Shown here: in pieces, positions 1 to 10,194 of the stretch | Layout of the letters: each line of letters opens with the position of its first letter | Numbering within the stretch: the stretch's first letter is position 1 | DNA from: Planctomycetota bacterium | GTDB taxonomy: Bacteria > Planctomycetota > UBA1135 > UBA2386 | Direction: 5' to 3' | Assembly (NCBI GenBank): GCA_016235155.1 | Contig: JACRLW010000103.1 | Span: forward strand, 8,066 to 72,065 | DNA: 64,000 nucleotides | The notes under the pieces: generated by a model | What the model was told of the DNA's origin: nothing | Seen by the model: only the letters and a program-made list of their open reading frames with translations | The model's database searches: none | Made by a program: the position numbers and the translations under genes

Positions 1-1263
1 CATCGTCCGCGGATCGAACCCGTAACAACCGCTTCTGCCCGAGCCGCCGATCAGGACGAAGCGGGGACCGACGCGGGCAGCAAAGCCCGACGCTGAATAG
101 GGAGACGGTGTGAAGACGGCGAAGGGCAGCTCGCCATCCCGACGCCACGCGTTCGCGCCTCGTTCGATCCCATAGACGACGGCGTTCGCGCTCGATAGCG
201 CGGCGACCGCCCACAACGCACCGTCGAGTTCGCCGAGGAAGTACGGCTGCAACTGCGGCGCTCCGCCACCAGTGAGAGGCACGACGCGAGAACCAGCGAC
301 GGTGCCGTCGCTGACGACCGACATCGAAGAACCGTCGGCCGGGAACCAGGCCTTGCCGTCGAAGCGCTTCGGCGGCCCGAACTGCGTGCGCGTGGGCAAG
401 GACCAGAGCAGCGGAAAGGTCCCGGCGCTGGTCCCGTCGGTGCGCCAGAGAACCACCGAGCTGAACGGAACCTGGCCGGTCTGCGCCGCGAGGACGATGA
501 CGCCGTGGTCGAGCACGACCGGCGCCGAGAACGACGAACCCGCGGCGTGGAAGGCGTCGGTGCGAAAGAACGTGCCGGCCGGCGTGCCGTCCGTCCGCCA
601 CAACTCGAGCCGGTAGTTCCGCACCGCGGTGAAGAGCACCTCGTCGCCGATCACGGTCGGCCTCACGACCATGAACCCGACCGGGAAGGAGTACCGCGAC
701 GCCCCCGGCCCCGGCTCGATGTCCGCGAGGCGCATCGTGCCGGCCGCGGTGCCGTCGCTGACCCATGGTTCGGTTCCGCCGATCGGCTCGGTCACGTCGA
801 ACACGAGACGGCCGTCGAGCGCCACGCGCTCGCCGATCACGATCCCGCCGGCGCCCGGGACGATCTCGGTCACGAGTTGTGTCCCCACTTCCGTGCCGTC
901 GCTCGTCCACAGTTCGCGCCCGCGCATTTCGTCGTACGCGGTGAAGAAGAGGCGGCCGCCGACCGCCGTGAGGTCCCTGGGGATGGAGTTCATCGTGCCG
1001 GGACGGAGGTCCTTCACCATCGCGGTGGTCGCCGCGGTGCCGAGAGTCCGCCATAGTTCGATGCCGTGGACGCCGTCCTCGGCGGCGAAGAACGTGATCC
1101 CGCCCGCGGTCGTGAACTCGGTCGGGTTCGACGACGCACCGATCTGCGGAGTGTCGTTCAGGTCGGCGAGCAGACGGGCCGGCGGCGGCGAGCCCTGCGG
1201 TGCGGCGGGAGAGACGAGGAGCGCGGCGGTGAGAGCCGCGACGGCGAACGAGAGCGATGCCAT
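1..1263 (-). CDS. Secreted ELWxxDGT-repeat protein (3' end runs off the window)
   Basis: Manual minus-strand translation from ATG 1263: signal peptide [21 protein letters not shown], then repeats [40 protein letters not shown]. No stop seen before base 1, which explains its absence from the ORF track. Confidence 0.85.
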   Translation of the reverse strand, partial: MASLSFAVAALTAALLVSPAAPQGSPPPARLLADLNDTPQIGASSNPTEFTTAGGITFFAAEDGVHGIELWRTLGTAATTAMVKDLRPGTMNSIPRDLTAVGGRLFFTAYDEMRGRELWTSDGTEVGTQLVTEIVPGAGGIVIGERVALDGRLVFDVTEPIGGTEPWVSDGTAAGTMRLADIEPGPGASRYSFPVGFMVVRPTVIGDEVLFTAVRNYRLELWRTDGTPAGTFFRTDAFHAAGSSFSAPVVLDHGVIVLAAQTGQVPFSSVVLWRTDGTSAGTFPLLWSLPTRTQFGPPKRFDGKAWFPADGSSMSVVSDGTVAGSRVVPLTGGGAPQLQPYFLGELDGALWAVAALSSANAVVYGIERGANAWRRDGELPFAVFTPSPYSASGFAARVGPRFVLIGGSGRSGCYGFDPRTM

Positions 1264-1730
1264 CTTCGGAGAGTCGCGAGGCGGACGGGCGCCGATAGCC
1301 CGGCCGCGCGGCGGGGTCACCCGAGACGACGGCATCCGCACCGAGCTCGACTTCCATCACCCGCTCCATGCGTCTCCGGCCAGCGGGTGGCCCGTCGTCC
1401 TCGTGCTCCACGGCGGCGAGAGTTCACGGCGTCACCCACCCACTCATCCGCTCGCGTCGCGAGCTCCTCGCGAGCGCCGGCTACGTGCGCCTCGCCTTCG
1501 GTGAGCCCCTCAGCGGGCGCCGTTTCCTGCCCTGACCGGGCGTTTCGCCCGGGTCCCGGACGGGCTGCGACGGGGCGCGCTCCACGGGCCCCAATTAATA
1601 CGTCTCCCCCGCCAGCCTCCGACTGGTCCGGCCCGGCCGGATCGGGGGGAACGCCGCGGCGGTCGAGGCCGTCGCGGTGGCGCAATGCGCCAGGTCGACG
1701 TGGACGTAGGCGTGGTGGACGAAACGTGCG

Positions 1731-2201
1731 TCAGCGAGCGCGGAGCGTGTCGAGGTTGTCGGGCGTCGTCGGCCCGCGATCGACCGCCTTGCGCATCGGC
1801 ACGCGTCCCTCGGCATCGCGCGCGAGCACCAGCCGCCGCATCTCGTGCGGGATGTCGGCGGCCCGCAGTTCATGGTCGTCGCCGAACTGCGCGCGCAGCT
1901 TGGCGCGTGCGTTCTCCCACATCTGCCGGCGCGAGGCATCGAGCTCGACACGGAGCGCAAAGCGCGCGTGCGTCATGCCGGAGCCGTCGAGCGGCGCATC
2001 ACCGCGGCGCGCCCGCCGCAGGCGTCGCTCGAGTTCGTCTTGCGTCGTCGCGAGGGCCTTCTCCTCCCGTGCCGCCTCTCTCTCCGGCGTCGCAACCTCG
2101 CAGAGCCCACGCACACGAGACCACGACTCGACGATGCGGCGCCGCCGGGATCGAAGCGTGACCAAGGCACCGTGGCTACGCTCCCGCGCTGTCCGGCTCA
2201 A
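1731..2201 (-). pseudogene. Possible degraded HNH endonuclease remnant
   Basis: [13 protein letters not shown]...[11 protein letters not shown] resembles the flanks of an HNH domain (IP..VRR.V..RD / GG.TT..NL..LC), but the CxxC..DH core is missing. Confidence 0.35.
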
Positions 2202-2203
2202 CC

Positions 2204-2533
2204 ATGCGTTTCACGCGACTCCGGCTGAAGAACTGGCGCAACTTCCGGAGCGTCGATGTCGTCCTCGGCGAGCGCGTGTTCACCGGCAAGACCGGAGACC
2301 GGACGCCGCCTTTCTCGCGGCGGACGTCGTACGCGGACAACCCGGCCTTCAACGATTCGGTGGACGAGACCCACGGCATGATCCGCATCTTCGAGGTCGA
2401 GTTTCGGCCCAGCGCGGTTCTGTTCCAGATGGAGCCGGTGAGCTACCGCGTCTGTCTGGCCGAGTTCGATGGCGAGGCCGACGGCGCCGAAGCCATGGCC
2501 ACAGGCGATGGGCCGACGGAGGTTGCGTCATGA
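2204..2533 (+). pseudogene. Chimeric remnant: ABC/AAA ATPase N-terminus joined to an unrelated fragment
   Basis: [19 protein letters not shown] is a typical SMC/AAA_21 ATPase start, but no intact Walker A follows and the rest is unrelated. Confidence 0.6.
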
Positions 2534-2799
2534 GAGAGCGAGGCGGCACTGAGTCTGTCGTCGAACAGGCCGCCCTCGCCTGGCTCGAAAGCGCCGGCTG
2601 TTCGGGCCGCTACGGCGTCGATGACTACGGTGAAGTGGCGCTCGCGCAGCGACTGCGCGATTCGCTCGCCCGGCTCGACCCCGCGCTGCCGGCCGAGGCG
2701 CTGGACGACGCCTTCCACAAACTGACGCGGCTGGAAGGCGCGGAACGGATCCGGCGAAACCGCGCCTTCGTGCCAGAAGCGCAGGAGGATTGGAAGTGA
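2530..2799 (+). pseudogene. hsdR: Type I restriction subunit R 5' fragment
   Basis: [14 protein letters not shown]...[34 protein letters not shown] matches the HsdR N-terminus; truncated at about 89 aa. Confidence 0.75.
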
Positions 2800-3824
2800 C
2801 CCACGACGCCGAGCCGGACATCCCCCGCGGCGAAGTCATCGTCTACGAGGCTCCCGACGGCGAGGTGCGGATCGACGTGCGGCTGGAGCGGGAGACGGTC
2901 TGGCTCTCGCAGAAGCAGATGGCCGAGCGGCTCGGAACTTCCGTCGACAACGTCGGCCTGCACCTCAAGAACATCTATGTCGAGGGTGAGCTGGACGAGG
3001 CGGCAACTACCGAGGATTCCTCGGTGGTTCGAACCGAGGGCCGGAGGCAGGTGAAGCGTCAGCTCCGGCTCTACAACCTCGACGCGATCCTCTCGGTCGG
3101 CTACCGCGTCAGCTCCAAGCGCGGCACCCAATTCCGCATCTGGGCCACGCGCACCCTCCGCGAGCACCTGCTGCGCGGCTACACGCTGAACGAGCGCCGC
3201 CTGCGCGAACGGGGCCTGAGCGAGATCGAGCAGGCCGTCGGGCTCCTGGCCCGGACGCTGACGAGCCATGCGCTGGTCACGGATGAGGGTCGCGCCGTGC
3301 TGGACGTCGTTCAGCGCTACACCCGTTCCTGGCGGCTCTTGCTGGAGTACGACGAGGAGCGGTTGGCGGAGGTGCCGGGGCGTCCGGTGGCGCCGACCGC
3401 GGCGCTCTCGCTCGACGACGCCCGCACTGCGCTCGCGAGCCTGCGCGACGACCTGCTCGGACGCGGCCAGGCAGGTGTGCTGTTTGGCCAGGAGCGCGGC
3501 GAGGGACTGGCGGGGATCCTCGGCGCCATCGAGCAGACCTTCGACGGCCAACCGCTCTACCCGAACGCGCAGCTCCGTTCCGCCCACATCCTCTACTTCG
3601 TCATCAAGGACCATCCCTTCGGCGACGGCAACAAACGCATCGGGGCGCTGCTGTTCCTGGAGTACCTGCGGCGCAATGGCTTGTTGCTGCGCACCGACGG
3701 CAGCCCCCGACTCGCGGACAACGCGATGGTGGCGCTCGCGCTGCTCATCGCCGAGAGCGATCCGGCGCAGAAGGACCTGATGATCCGGCTCGTGCTGAAC
3801 CTCCTCGAAGTCGATCCGTCATGA
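2790..3824 (+). CDS. RhuM family / Fic-DOC fusion protein
   Basis: RhuM-like N-terminus ([38 protein letters not shown]) and Fic/Doc motif HPFGDGNKR. Likely start is GTG 2796. Confidence 0.9.
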   Translation: MEVTHDAEPDIPRGEVIVYEAPDGEVRIDVRLERETVWLSQKQMAERLGTSVDNVGLHLKNIYVEGELDEAATTEDSSVVRTEGRRQVKRQLRLYNLDAILSVGYRVSSKRGTQFRIWATRTLREHLLRGYTLNERRLRERGLSEIEQAVGLLARTLTSHALVTDEGRAVLDVVQRYTRSWRLLLEYDEERLAEVPGRPVAPTAALSLDDARTALASLRDDLLGRGQAGVLFGQERGEGLAGILGAIEQTFDGQPLYPNAQLRSAHILYFVIKDHPFGDGNKRIGALLFLEYLRRNGLLLRTDGSPRLADNAMVALALLIAESDPAQKDLMIRLVLNLLEVDPS

Positions 3825-4000
3825 GCGAGCGCAGCGCCACCGAATCCGTCGTCGAACAAGCCGCCCTCGCCTGACTCGAAAGCACCGGCTGGTCGATCAG
3901 GAATGGCGCGTCGATCCGGAGCGCCTGGCAGCAGTTGCAGACCTACAAGGCGGAGATCGCGTCGCGGTTCGCCACCGACGCCCTGCTCGCGCACTCCGAA
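3821..4000 (+). pseudogene. hsdR: Second hsdR 5' fragment with nonsense codon and internal deletion
   Basis: [23 protein letters not shown] joined in frame to SAWQQLQTYKAEI (HsdR nuclease QxxxY region). TGG has become TGA. Confidence 0.7.
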
Positions 4001-4014
4001 GCTGACTCTCACCT

Positions 4015-4547
4015 CCCGCCTGAAGAAGATCCGCGACGCGCTGCGGGTCGCCGTGCCGCAACTGAAGGAGCTCGACCTGGAACGCGACGAGGCCACGGGG
4101 ACGCCGCACCTGAAGGGCCTCTACGAGCACTGGCGCCCCGGCGCCGGCTGGCAGTCCGAAGAGCAGTTCTCGGACGGCACGCTGCGCTTGCTCGCCTTGC
4201 TCTGGAGCCTCCTCGAAGCGAAGTCCCCGCTGCTCCTCGAAGAGCCTGAACTCTCGCTGCACCCGGCGGTCGTGCGTCACATCCCGCAGATGCTGCACCG
4301 GCTCGAGCGGGCACGCGGCCGGCAAGTAATCCTGAGTTCGCACTCCTCCGATCTCCTGCTCGACGAAGGCATCGGCGCGGAAGAGGTCCTGCTCCTCGAA
4401 CCGACGAAGGATGGAACGAGCGTGCACGTCGCCGCGAGCATCGGCGAGGTCGTCGACATGCTGAGGTCCGGCATCCCGCTCGCCGAGGTGGTCGCAGAGC
4501 GATCGGCGCCTCGTGATGCCTCCCAGCTCTTGTTGTTCGACCTGTGA
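4015..4547 (+). pseudogene. C-terminal half of an ABC/AAA_21 ATPase
   Basis: Signature FSDGTLRL, Walker B LLLEEPELSLHP, H-loop ILSSHS. No N-terminal half in frame. Confidence 0.8.
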
Positions 4548-4941
4548 GCCGCACGGTCTCGATGCACGTCGCGGTGGAGGGTGAATGCGACCGGGCCATC
4601 GGCCTCGCGAGCTACAACCTCGCGCGCGCCACGCTCCATGGCTCGCGCTCCGCGACCTCGATCGCGATGAGTGCGCATCGCGGTTGATCGCGAGAATCCT
4701 CCGGTAGACGTCGATGTCGATGTCGCTCCACATCGCCCTGCGTGAGGCGGACGAATGGATCCTGACGGATCGCAACGTGGCACGGCACTCACGCCGTCGT
4801 GTGACCACGAAGGACCTCGTACCGACGCCGAGGGATACCGAGAGTGTCGGACGCGGCTGCGTGGGGAGCCTGGTCGGATTGGGCTTGCGCATCTGGCGGC
4901 GGGAGGACGCGGCCTTGACGAGCGACAGCCTCGCGCACTGA
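4544..4941 (+). pseudogene. Fragments of a DUF4276/TOPRIM-like ATPase partner
   Basis: GTG overlaps the ATPase stop and gives MSRTVSMHVAVEGECD; a downstream piece IALREADEWILTDR resembles the REVEAWLLADR motif. Confidence 0.5.
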
Positions 4942-4975
4942 GAGCACGCGGTCGAGCGCGACTCCGGCACTCCGC

Positions 4976-7408
4976 TCAGACCCCGATCCGCAACCGCAGC
5001 CCCCGCGAGAACGCCAATCCCTGGCTCGCGCCAACGTCGACGACGACTTCCTGCACGAAGAGCTGGGCGCCGCTCAGCGCGTTGTCGTCGGGGATGGCGA
5101 GCGGGAGCGTCGAGCCGCCGGGCGCGACGAGGAGCGAGGGCGCGAAGATGATCAGGTCGACGAGCAGCGTGCCGTCGAAGGGGGTCGGCAGGTTCGCGGG
5201 GAGGAGGCCGATGAGCAGCGCGGCGAGGGTGGTCTGGCCCAGCGAGTTGCCGAGTTCGAGGTTCGGCGTGCTGCCGAGCATCGGGTCGATCGACGCGCCG
5301 AGCGCGGGAACGCCGAGCGTGCCGGGGTGGCCCGCGCCGTAGAGCTCCTGCTCCGCGACGGGGATCTCGAGGCGTGCGACCCAGACCGCGCTCGTGCCAC
5401 CACCTGGGGTCTGGAACGCGCCGGGAGTCACGGGGATGTCAGTGCCGCCGCCGGCGCCGCTGAAGAACACCGCGTCGTGCGGCCCCAGCGCGACGCGGTC
5501 GGCGTTGAGTCCGCGGATCGTGGTGCCGAGCGCCGACGCAAAGCGCAGCGTCGAACCGGATGCGTCGAGCATCGCGAGGAGGGCGAGGTCGAACTGCGTC
5601 GACACCACTGCTTGCTGGACGGGATGCACGTACGGAAACACGGTCGAGCGCGTGGCGCCGGCGAGCCAGCAATGGCCGTTCTCGTCGACCGCAACGTCGT
5701 AGAGGTTGTCGGTTGCGGTGCCGCCGAGGTAGGTGAGGAACACGAGCGACGCCGCGCCGCCAAGCGATGGATCGAGCTTCGCGACGAAGCCGTCGCGCAG
5801 GCCGCCGAAGGTCGGCTTGAACGCGCCGGGCGTCGTCGGGAGATCGTTCGAACGCGTGTTGCTCGCGATCACGACGCAGCCGAGCGGGTCGACGTCGATG
5901 CCGAGCGGCTCGAAGCCGACCTCGCCGTCGTCGTTCGAACCACCGACGTACGTCGAGTAGACGAGGTTGGAGAGGGTGGAGTCGAAGACCGCGACCCAGG
6001 TCTCCATGTCCCCTGACGGATGCGAGGTGCGGAAACCGCCCTGGATCGGCACGGTGAATCGCGTGCGGCCTGCCACCGCGATCTTGCCATCCACGGCCAC
6101 GGCGACGTCGAGCGCTTCGCTGGTGCTCGTGAGGCCGAAGTAGGTCGCGCCGAGGAACGCACCGTTGACGTCGAAGCGGGCGACGTAGGCGGAAACCGAG
6201 CCGTTGCGTTGCGTCTGGAAGCCGCCATTGCCCAGCGGCAGACCCTGCGTGTTGGTCGAACCGCAGATCACCACGTTGCCCTGGGCATCGGTGGCCACGC
6301 CGCGCGCCGGAGAGTTGGTCGCCGTCGTCAACGTGTAGTAGGTCGACCACACCAGCGTCCCCGTCGGCGAGAGCACCGTGACGCCCGCGACGCCGCTGAA
6401 CGCGACGAGCGGCCCGGGGAACGCGGCGTTGAGCAACGGGTAGTCGGGCGAGCCGGTCGAGCACGCGACGACGGCATTGCCGTTCGGCAGGACCGCGACT
6501 CCCCCCGGCACGTCGGCGGCGCTCCCGCCGAGGTAGGTCGAGTAGACGAGGCTCGAGCCATCCGCGCTGAGCTTCGCGACGAAGACGTCGGTGGGACTCT
6601 GGCGAGTCCCGATCAGCGGGTTCTGCACCGGGAAGTCCGTCGAACTGGTCTGTCCGACGATCACCGCGGAACCCTGCGCATCGACCGCGACGCTGACCTG
6701 CTGCTCGGTGTCATTGCCGTCGAAGCGCGCGACGTATGCGATCACGGGATCGATCACGAGTTCCCTCGTGCGGTCCCAGGCGCCGAGTTCGATCGCGAAC
6801 GTCGCATCGCCGCGCGGCACGTACCGCGCGGCCACCTCGCGACGACCTTCCGGCGTGGTCTGGAACGCGATCGGCGCATGGTGGCGACACTCGCCGAGCG
6901 CCGTCGTGACCACGAGATCGCCGCTGTCGTCGAGGACGACGCGTTCGGCGCCGTCGATCCGCACCGCGAACACGGACGGATCGCCGCCCGGCGCGACGCA
7001 GAGGTCGTACTCCAGAGCACCGCCATCGGCGCGCCACACGACGTCGATCCCGGGCCACACGGAAGCACAACGCACGCGCTCGAAGGTCGGCACCCCGATG
7101 CGCCAGGTCTCCGGGTCCGCGCCGCGGATGTGATTCACGAGCTGCGGCGTCTTGGCCTCGCCCTCGGCGGGTCCCTCCGCACCTGCCCCGACGAAGCGCA
7201 CGCCGAAACCGCCGGCCGCATCGCCGCGCCGCATACGGAGCCACGCGCCGTCGCGATCGACCGCTGCCTCGCACTCGAGACCACGTGCGATCCAACGGGG
7301 CGCGACTCCGGCCGTCGGCTCGAACACTCGCGGACGTGCGAGCAGTTCCTGAGGTGCGGGGACGAGGGTGACGGCAAGGACGGCCGAGGCGAGCAGGGTC
7401 GAGGACAT
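4976..7408 (-). CDS. Secreted SBBP (beta-propeller) repeat protein with conserved C-terminal domain
   Basis: Signal peptide from ATG 7408; VWPGIDVVW...LEYDLCVAPG N-domain; repeats DVFVAKL..LVYSTYLGGS and GQTSSTDFP. Confidence 0.9.
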   Translation of the reverse strand: MSSTLLASAVLAVTLVPAPQELLARPRVFEPTAGVAPRWIARGLECEAAVDRDGAWLRMRRGDAAGGFGVRFVGAGAEGPAEGEAKTPQLVNHIRGADPETWRIGVPTFERVRCASVWPGIDVVWRADGGALEYDLCVAPGGDPSVFAVRIDGAERVVLDDSGDLVVTTALGECRHHAPIAFQTTPEGRREVAARYVPRGDATFAIELGAWDRTRELVIDPVIAYVARFDGNDTEQQVSVAVDAQGSAVIVGQTSSTDFPVQNPLIGTRQSPTDVFVAKLSADGSSLVYSTYLGGSAADVPGGVAVLPNGNAVVACSTGSPDYPLLNAAFPGPLVAFSGVAGVTVLSPTGTLVWSTYYTLTTATNSPARGVATDAQGNVVICGSTNTQGLPLGNGGFQTQRNGSVSAYVARFDVNGAFLGATYFGLTSTSEALDVAVAVDGKIAVAGRTRFTVPIQGGFRTSHPSGDMETWVAVFDSTLSNLVYSTYVGGSNDDGEVGFEPLGIDVDPLGCVVIASNTRSNDLPTTPGAFKPTFGGLRDGFVAKLDPSLGGAASLVFLTYLGGTATDNLYDVAVDENGHCWLAGATRSTVFPYVHPVQQAVVSTQFDLALLAMLDASGSTLRFASALGTTIRGLNADRVALGPHDAVFFSGAGGGTDIPVTPGAFQTPGGGTSAVWVARLEIPVAEQELYGAGHPGTLGVPALGASIDPMLGSTPNLELGNSLGQTTLAALLIGLLPANLPTPFDGTLLVDLIIFAPSLLVAPGGSTLPLAIPDDNALSGAQLFVQEVVVDVGASQGLAFSRGLRLRIGV

Positions 7409-7525
7409 GGCGGGCTCCGTGTTGGGTTCCGCTCCCGGTTCGTACGTGCGGGGTCCGATCTGCCGCGACGGCGCGGAATCCGTCCCCCATCGACCCGGGC
7501 TATGCTCCCGCGGCCTTTGCCGGCC

Positions 7526-8116
7526 ATGCGTACGACCGTCACGAGCGACGACCTGCTCGCGGGACTCAAGGACCCCGGCAATGCGACGGTCTGGAACGAC
7601 TACGTCGGGCGCTATCGCCCCGTGCTGCTCGAGTTCGGCCGGCGTCTCGGACTCCGCGACGCCGACGCCGAGGACGCCGCGCAGCAGGCGCTGCTCACCT
7701 TCGCGCAGTCGTTCTGCGCCGGACGTTACGACAAGGACCGCGGCCGCCTGCGGCACTGGCTGTACGGCATCGCCGCGAACGCGATGAAGGAGCAGCGACG
7801 GAAACTCGCGCGCGAGCGGCGTCCCGGTGCGGGCGACGCGAGCTTCGACGCCGACGTGCTCCCCGCCGCCGACGCCTTGGAGGCGCTGTGGGACGAGGAG
7901 TGGCGCGCCGCGTTCCTCGCGCACTGCCTCGCGCTCGTGCGCGACGAGGTCGAAGCCAAGACCTACGCCGCGTTCGACCGCTTCGCGTGCCAGGATCGTC
8001 CGGCTGCCGAGGTCGCGGCCGAACTCGGCATGACCGAGAACGCGGTCTACGGCTGCAAGCGGCGCGTGCTCGAGCGACTGCGCGAGCTCGCAAGCACGCT
8101 GGAGGAGTCGTGGTGA
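7526..8116 (+). CDS. ECF sigma-70 factor
   Basis: Region 2 (DAEDAAQQALL, RGRLRHWL) and region 4 HTH (AEVAAELGMTENAVYGCKRRV). TATGCT -10-like box at 7501. Confidence 0.9.
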   Translation: MRTTVTSDDLLAGLKDPGNATVWNDYVGRYRPVLLEFGRRLGLRDADAEDAAQQALLTFAQSFCAGRYDKDRGRLRHWLYGIAANAMKEQRRKLARERRPGAGDASFDADVLPAADALEALWDEEWRAAFLAHCLALVRDEVEAKTYAAFDRFACQDRPAAEVAAELGMTENAVYGCKRRVLERLRELASTLEESW

Positions 8117-10083
8117 ACGACACCGGCCATGACGACGGTGGGTTCCTCGATGCGGTGAAGCGCGCCGCGAGTCGACTGCGCGACGACGAAGCGCGCCGAG
8201 CGCCGCCGGAGTTCGTCGCCGGCTTCCGCATCGTGCGGCGCATCGGCGAGGGCGGGATGGGCGTCGTCTACGAAGCGGAACAGGAGCAGCCGCGGCGACG
8301 CGTCGCGCTCAAGTTGCTGCGCTGCGCGTCGAGCAGCGCGTCCCTGCGGCGCTTCGAACGCGAGGGCAAGGCGCTGGCGCGCCTGCAACATCCCGGCATC
8401 GCGGCGGTGCACGCCGCGGGGACCTGCGCGACGCCCGCCGGTGAGCAGCCCTTCCTCGCGATGGAGTTCGTCGACGGTGAGCCGATCGATCGCTGGCTCG
8501 ACCGGCGCGGGGCGTCGCACGACCTGCGCTTGCGGCTCTTCGCCGACGTGTGCGATGCCGTGCACCACGCCCACCAGAAGGGCGTGATCCACCGCGACCT
8601 CAAGCCGTCGAACGTCTTCGTCGACCAGGACGGCCGCGCGCGCGTCCTCGACTTCGGCGTCGCGCGGCTGCTCGACGACGAGGACGACGGCGCGGAGCGG
8701 CAGACGATCGCGGGGCAGCTGGTCGGCACGCCGGCCTACATGAGCCCCGAGCAGGTCGCCGCCGATCCGAGCGCGGTCGACGTCCGCAGCGACGTCTGGT
8801 CGCTCGGCGTGATCCTCTACCAGCTCCTCTCGGGACGGCTGCCGATCGACGTCGACGGTCGCACGACCGCCGACGTGCTCCGCGCAATCGCCGAGCAGGA
8901 GCCGCGGCGCCTCGGCACGATCGCGCCCGACTGCCGCGGCGACGTCGAGACCATCGTGCACCAGGCTCTCGCGCGCGATCCGGCGCGGCGCTACCCCTCG
9001 GCCGACGCGCTCGCCCGCGACATGCGGCACTTCCTCGCGCACGAGCCGATCGCCGCGCGGCCGCCGTCGCGCGCGTACCTGTGGTCGCGCTTCGTGCGAC
9101 GCAATCGTGCGCTGGTCGTGGCGGGCGCCGTCGCCGTGCTCGCGCTGATCGGCGGCACGATCGTCGCGGTCGTGCAGATGGTCGAGGCGCAGGCGCAGAC
9201 CGCGCACGCGAAGGGCGTGAACGCGTGGTTCGACACGCTGCTCACCTTCGCCGACCCCAACGAGAACGGTCGCGTCGACATCACGCTGCGCGAGGCGATC
9301 GAGCGCGCAGCCGATCGCATCGACAAGCTGGTCACGACCCCCGAAGTCGAGGCGTCGGTCCGATTGATGGTCGGTCACGCGTTCCGCAGCTACGGCGACC
9401 TCGATCGGGCTCGCGACCATCTGGAGAAGTGCCTGCGTTTGCGCCGCGAACGCTTCGCCTCACCGAGCGACGAACTCGCGGAGGCGTGCAACGCGCTCGC
9501 GCTGCTCTACGAGCGGGTCGGCCGGCAACGCGACTCGGTGTCGCTGTACGAGGACGCGGGGCGGCAGTACCTCGAACTCCACGGCCGACTCGACCAGCGC
9601 CACGCGCGCGCGCTGGTCAACGCCGGAGGGGCGCTCGTGCAGCTCGGCGATCTCGACGGTGCCGAGGCGCGCATCCGCGCGGGCGTCGACCTGTTGCGCG
9701 AGTCGAACCCCGACCACGCCTGGCTCGGCACCTTCCTCGCCCACCTCGCGAACGTCGAACGACGCCGGGGGCGCTTCGACGAAGCCGAGCGCTGCATGCG
9801 CGAGACTCTCGCGATCTACGCGCGCACCGACTACGCCGACCATCCCTACGCTGCGATCGTGCGGCGCAACCTCGGCGGACTGCTCGCGGAGTCGAAGCGC
9901 TTCGCCGACGCCGAAGTCGAGTTCCGCGAGGCGCTGCGGATCATGCGGGCGCGCCACGGCGAACAGCACGAGTGGACCCTGCAAGCCTGGCGCGACCTCG
10001 TCGCGATCCTGCGTTCCCAGGGCCGCGAGGACGATGCCCGCGCCACCGAGGCGGACGCGACCGCGGCGCGCGCGGGGAAGTGA
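8113..10083 (+). CDS. Membrane Ser/Thr protein kinase with TPR repeats
   Basis: GEGGMGVVY, VALK, HRDLKPSN, DFG, YMSPEQ; TM helix; TPR-like C-terminus. GTG start overlaps the sigma stop (GTGA). Confidence 0.93.
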   Translation: MNDTGHDDGGFLDAVKRAASRLRDDEARRAPPEFVAGFRIVRRIGEGGMGVVYEAEQEQPRRRVALKLLRCASSSASLRRFEREGKALARLQHPGIAAVHAAGTCATPAGEQPFLAMEFVDGEPIDRWLDRRGASHDLRLRLFADVCDAVHHAHQKGVIHRDLKPSNVFVDQDGRARVLDFGVARLLDDEDDGAERQTIAGQLVGTPAYMSPEQVAADPSAVDVRSDVWSLGVILYQLLSGRLPIDVDGRTTADVLRAIAEQEPRRLGTIAPDCRGDVETIVHQALARDPARRYPSADALARDMRHFLAHEPIAARPPSRAYLWSRFVRRNRALVVAGAVAVLALIGGTIVAVVQMVEAQAQTAHAKGVNAWFDTLLTFADPNENGRVDITLREAIERAADRIDKLVTTPEVEASVRLMVGHAFRSYGDLDRARDHLEKCLRLRRERFASPSDELAEACNALALLYERVGRQRDSVSLYEDAGRQYLELHGRLDQRHARALVNAGGALVQLGDLDGAEARIRAGVDLLRESNPDHAWLGTFLAHLANVERRRGRFDEAERCMRETLAIYARTDYADHPYAAIVRRNLGGLLAESKRFADAEVEFREALRIMRARHGEQHEWTLQAWRDLVAILRSQGREDDARATEADATAARAGK

Positions 10084-10194
10084 TCGGTCCTGGTCCGAAC
10101 CCGACGGAACGCGCTGGGGCCGATCGCGGTATCCCGCCCCCGATCCGAGCCGCCGCGTCCCGCACCGGGCGCACCCGTATCATCCCGCCCCCCG

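Noticed and set aside
3872..3874. In-frame TGA in the hsdR fragment as selenocysteine or recoding
   Set aside because: It aligns to TGG (Trp) in the duplicate copy, lies in a fragment with other lesions, and TGA is the normal stop throughout the window.
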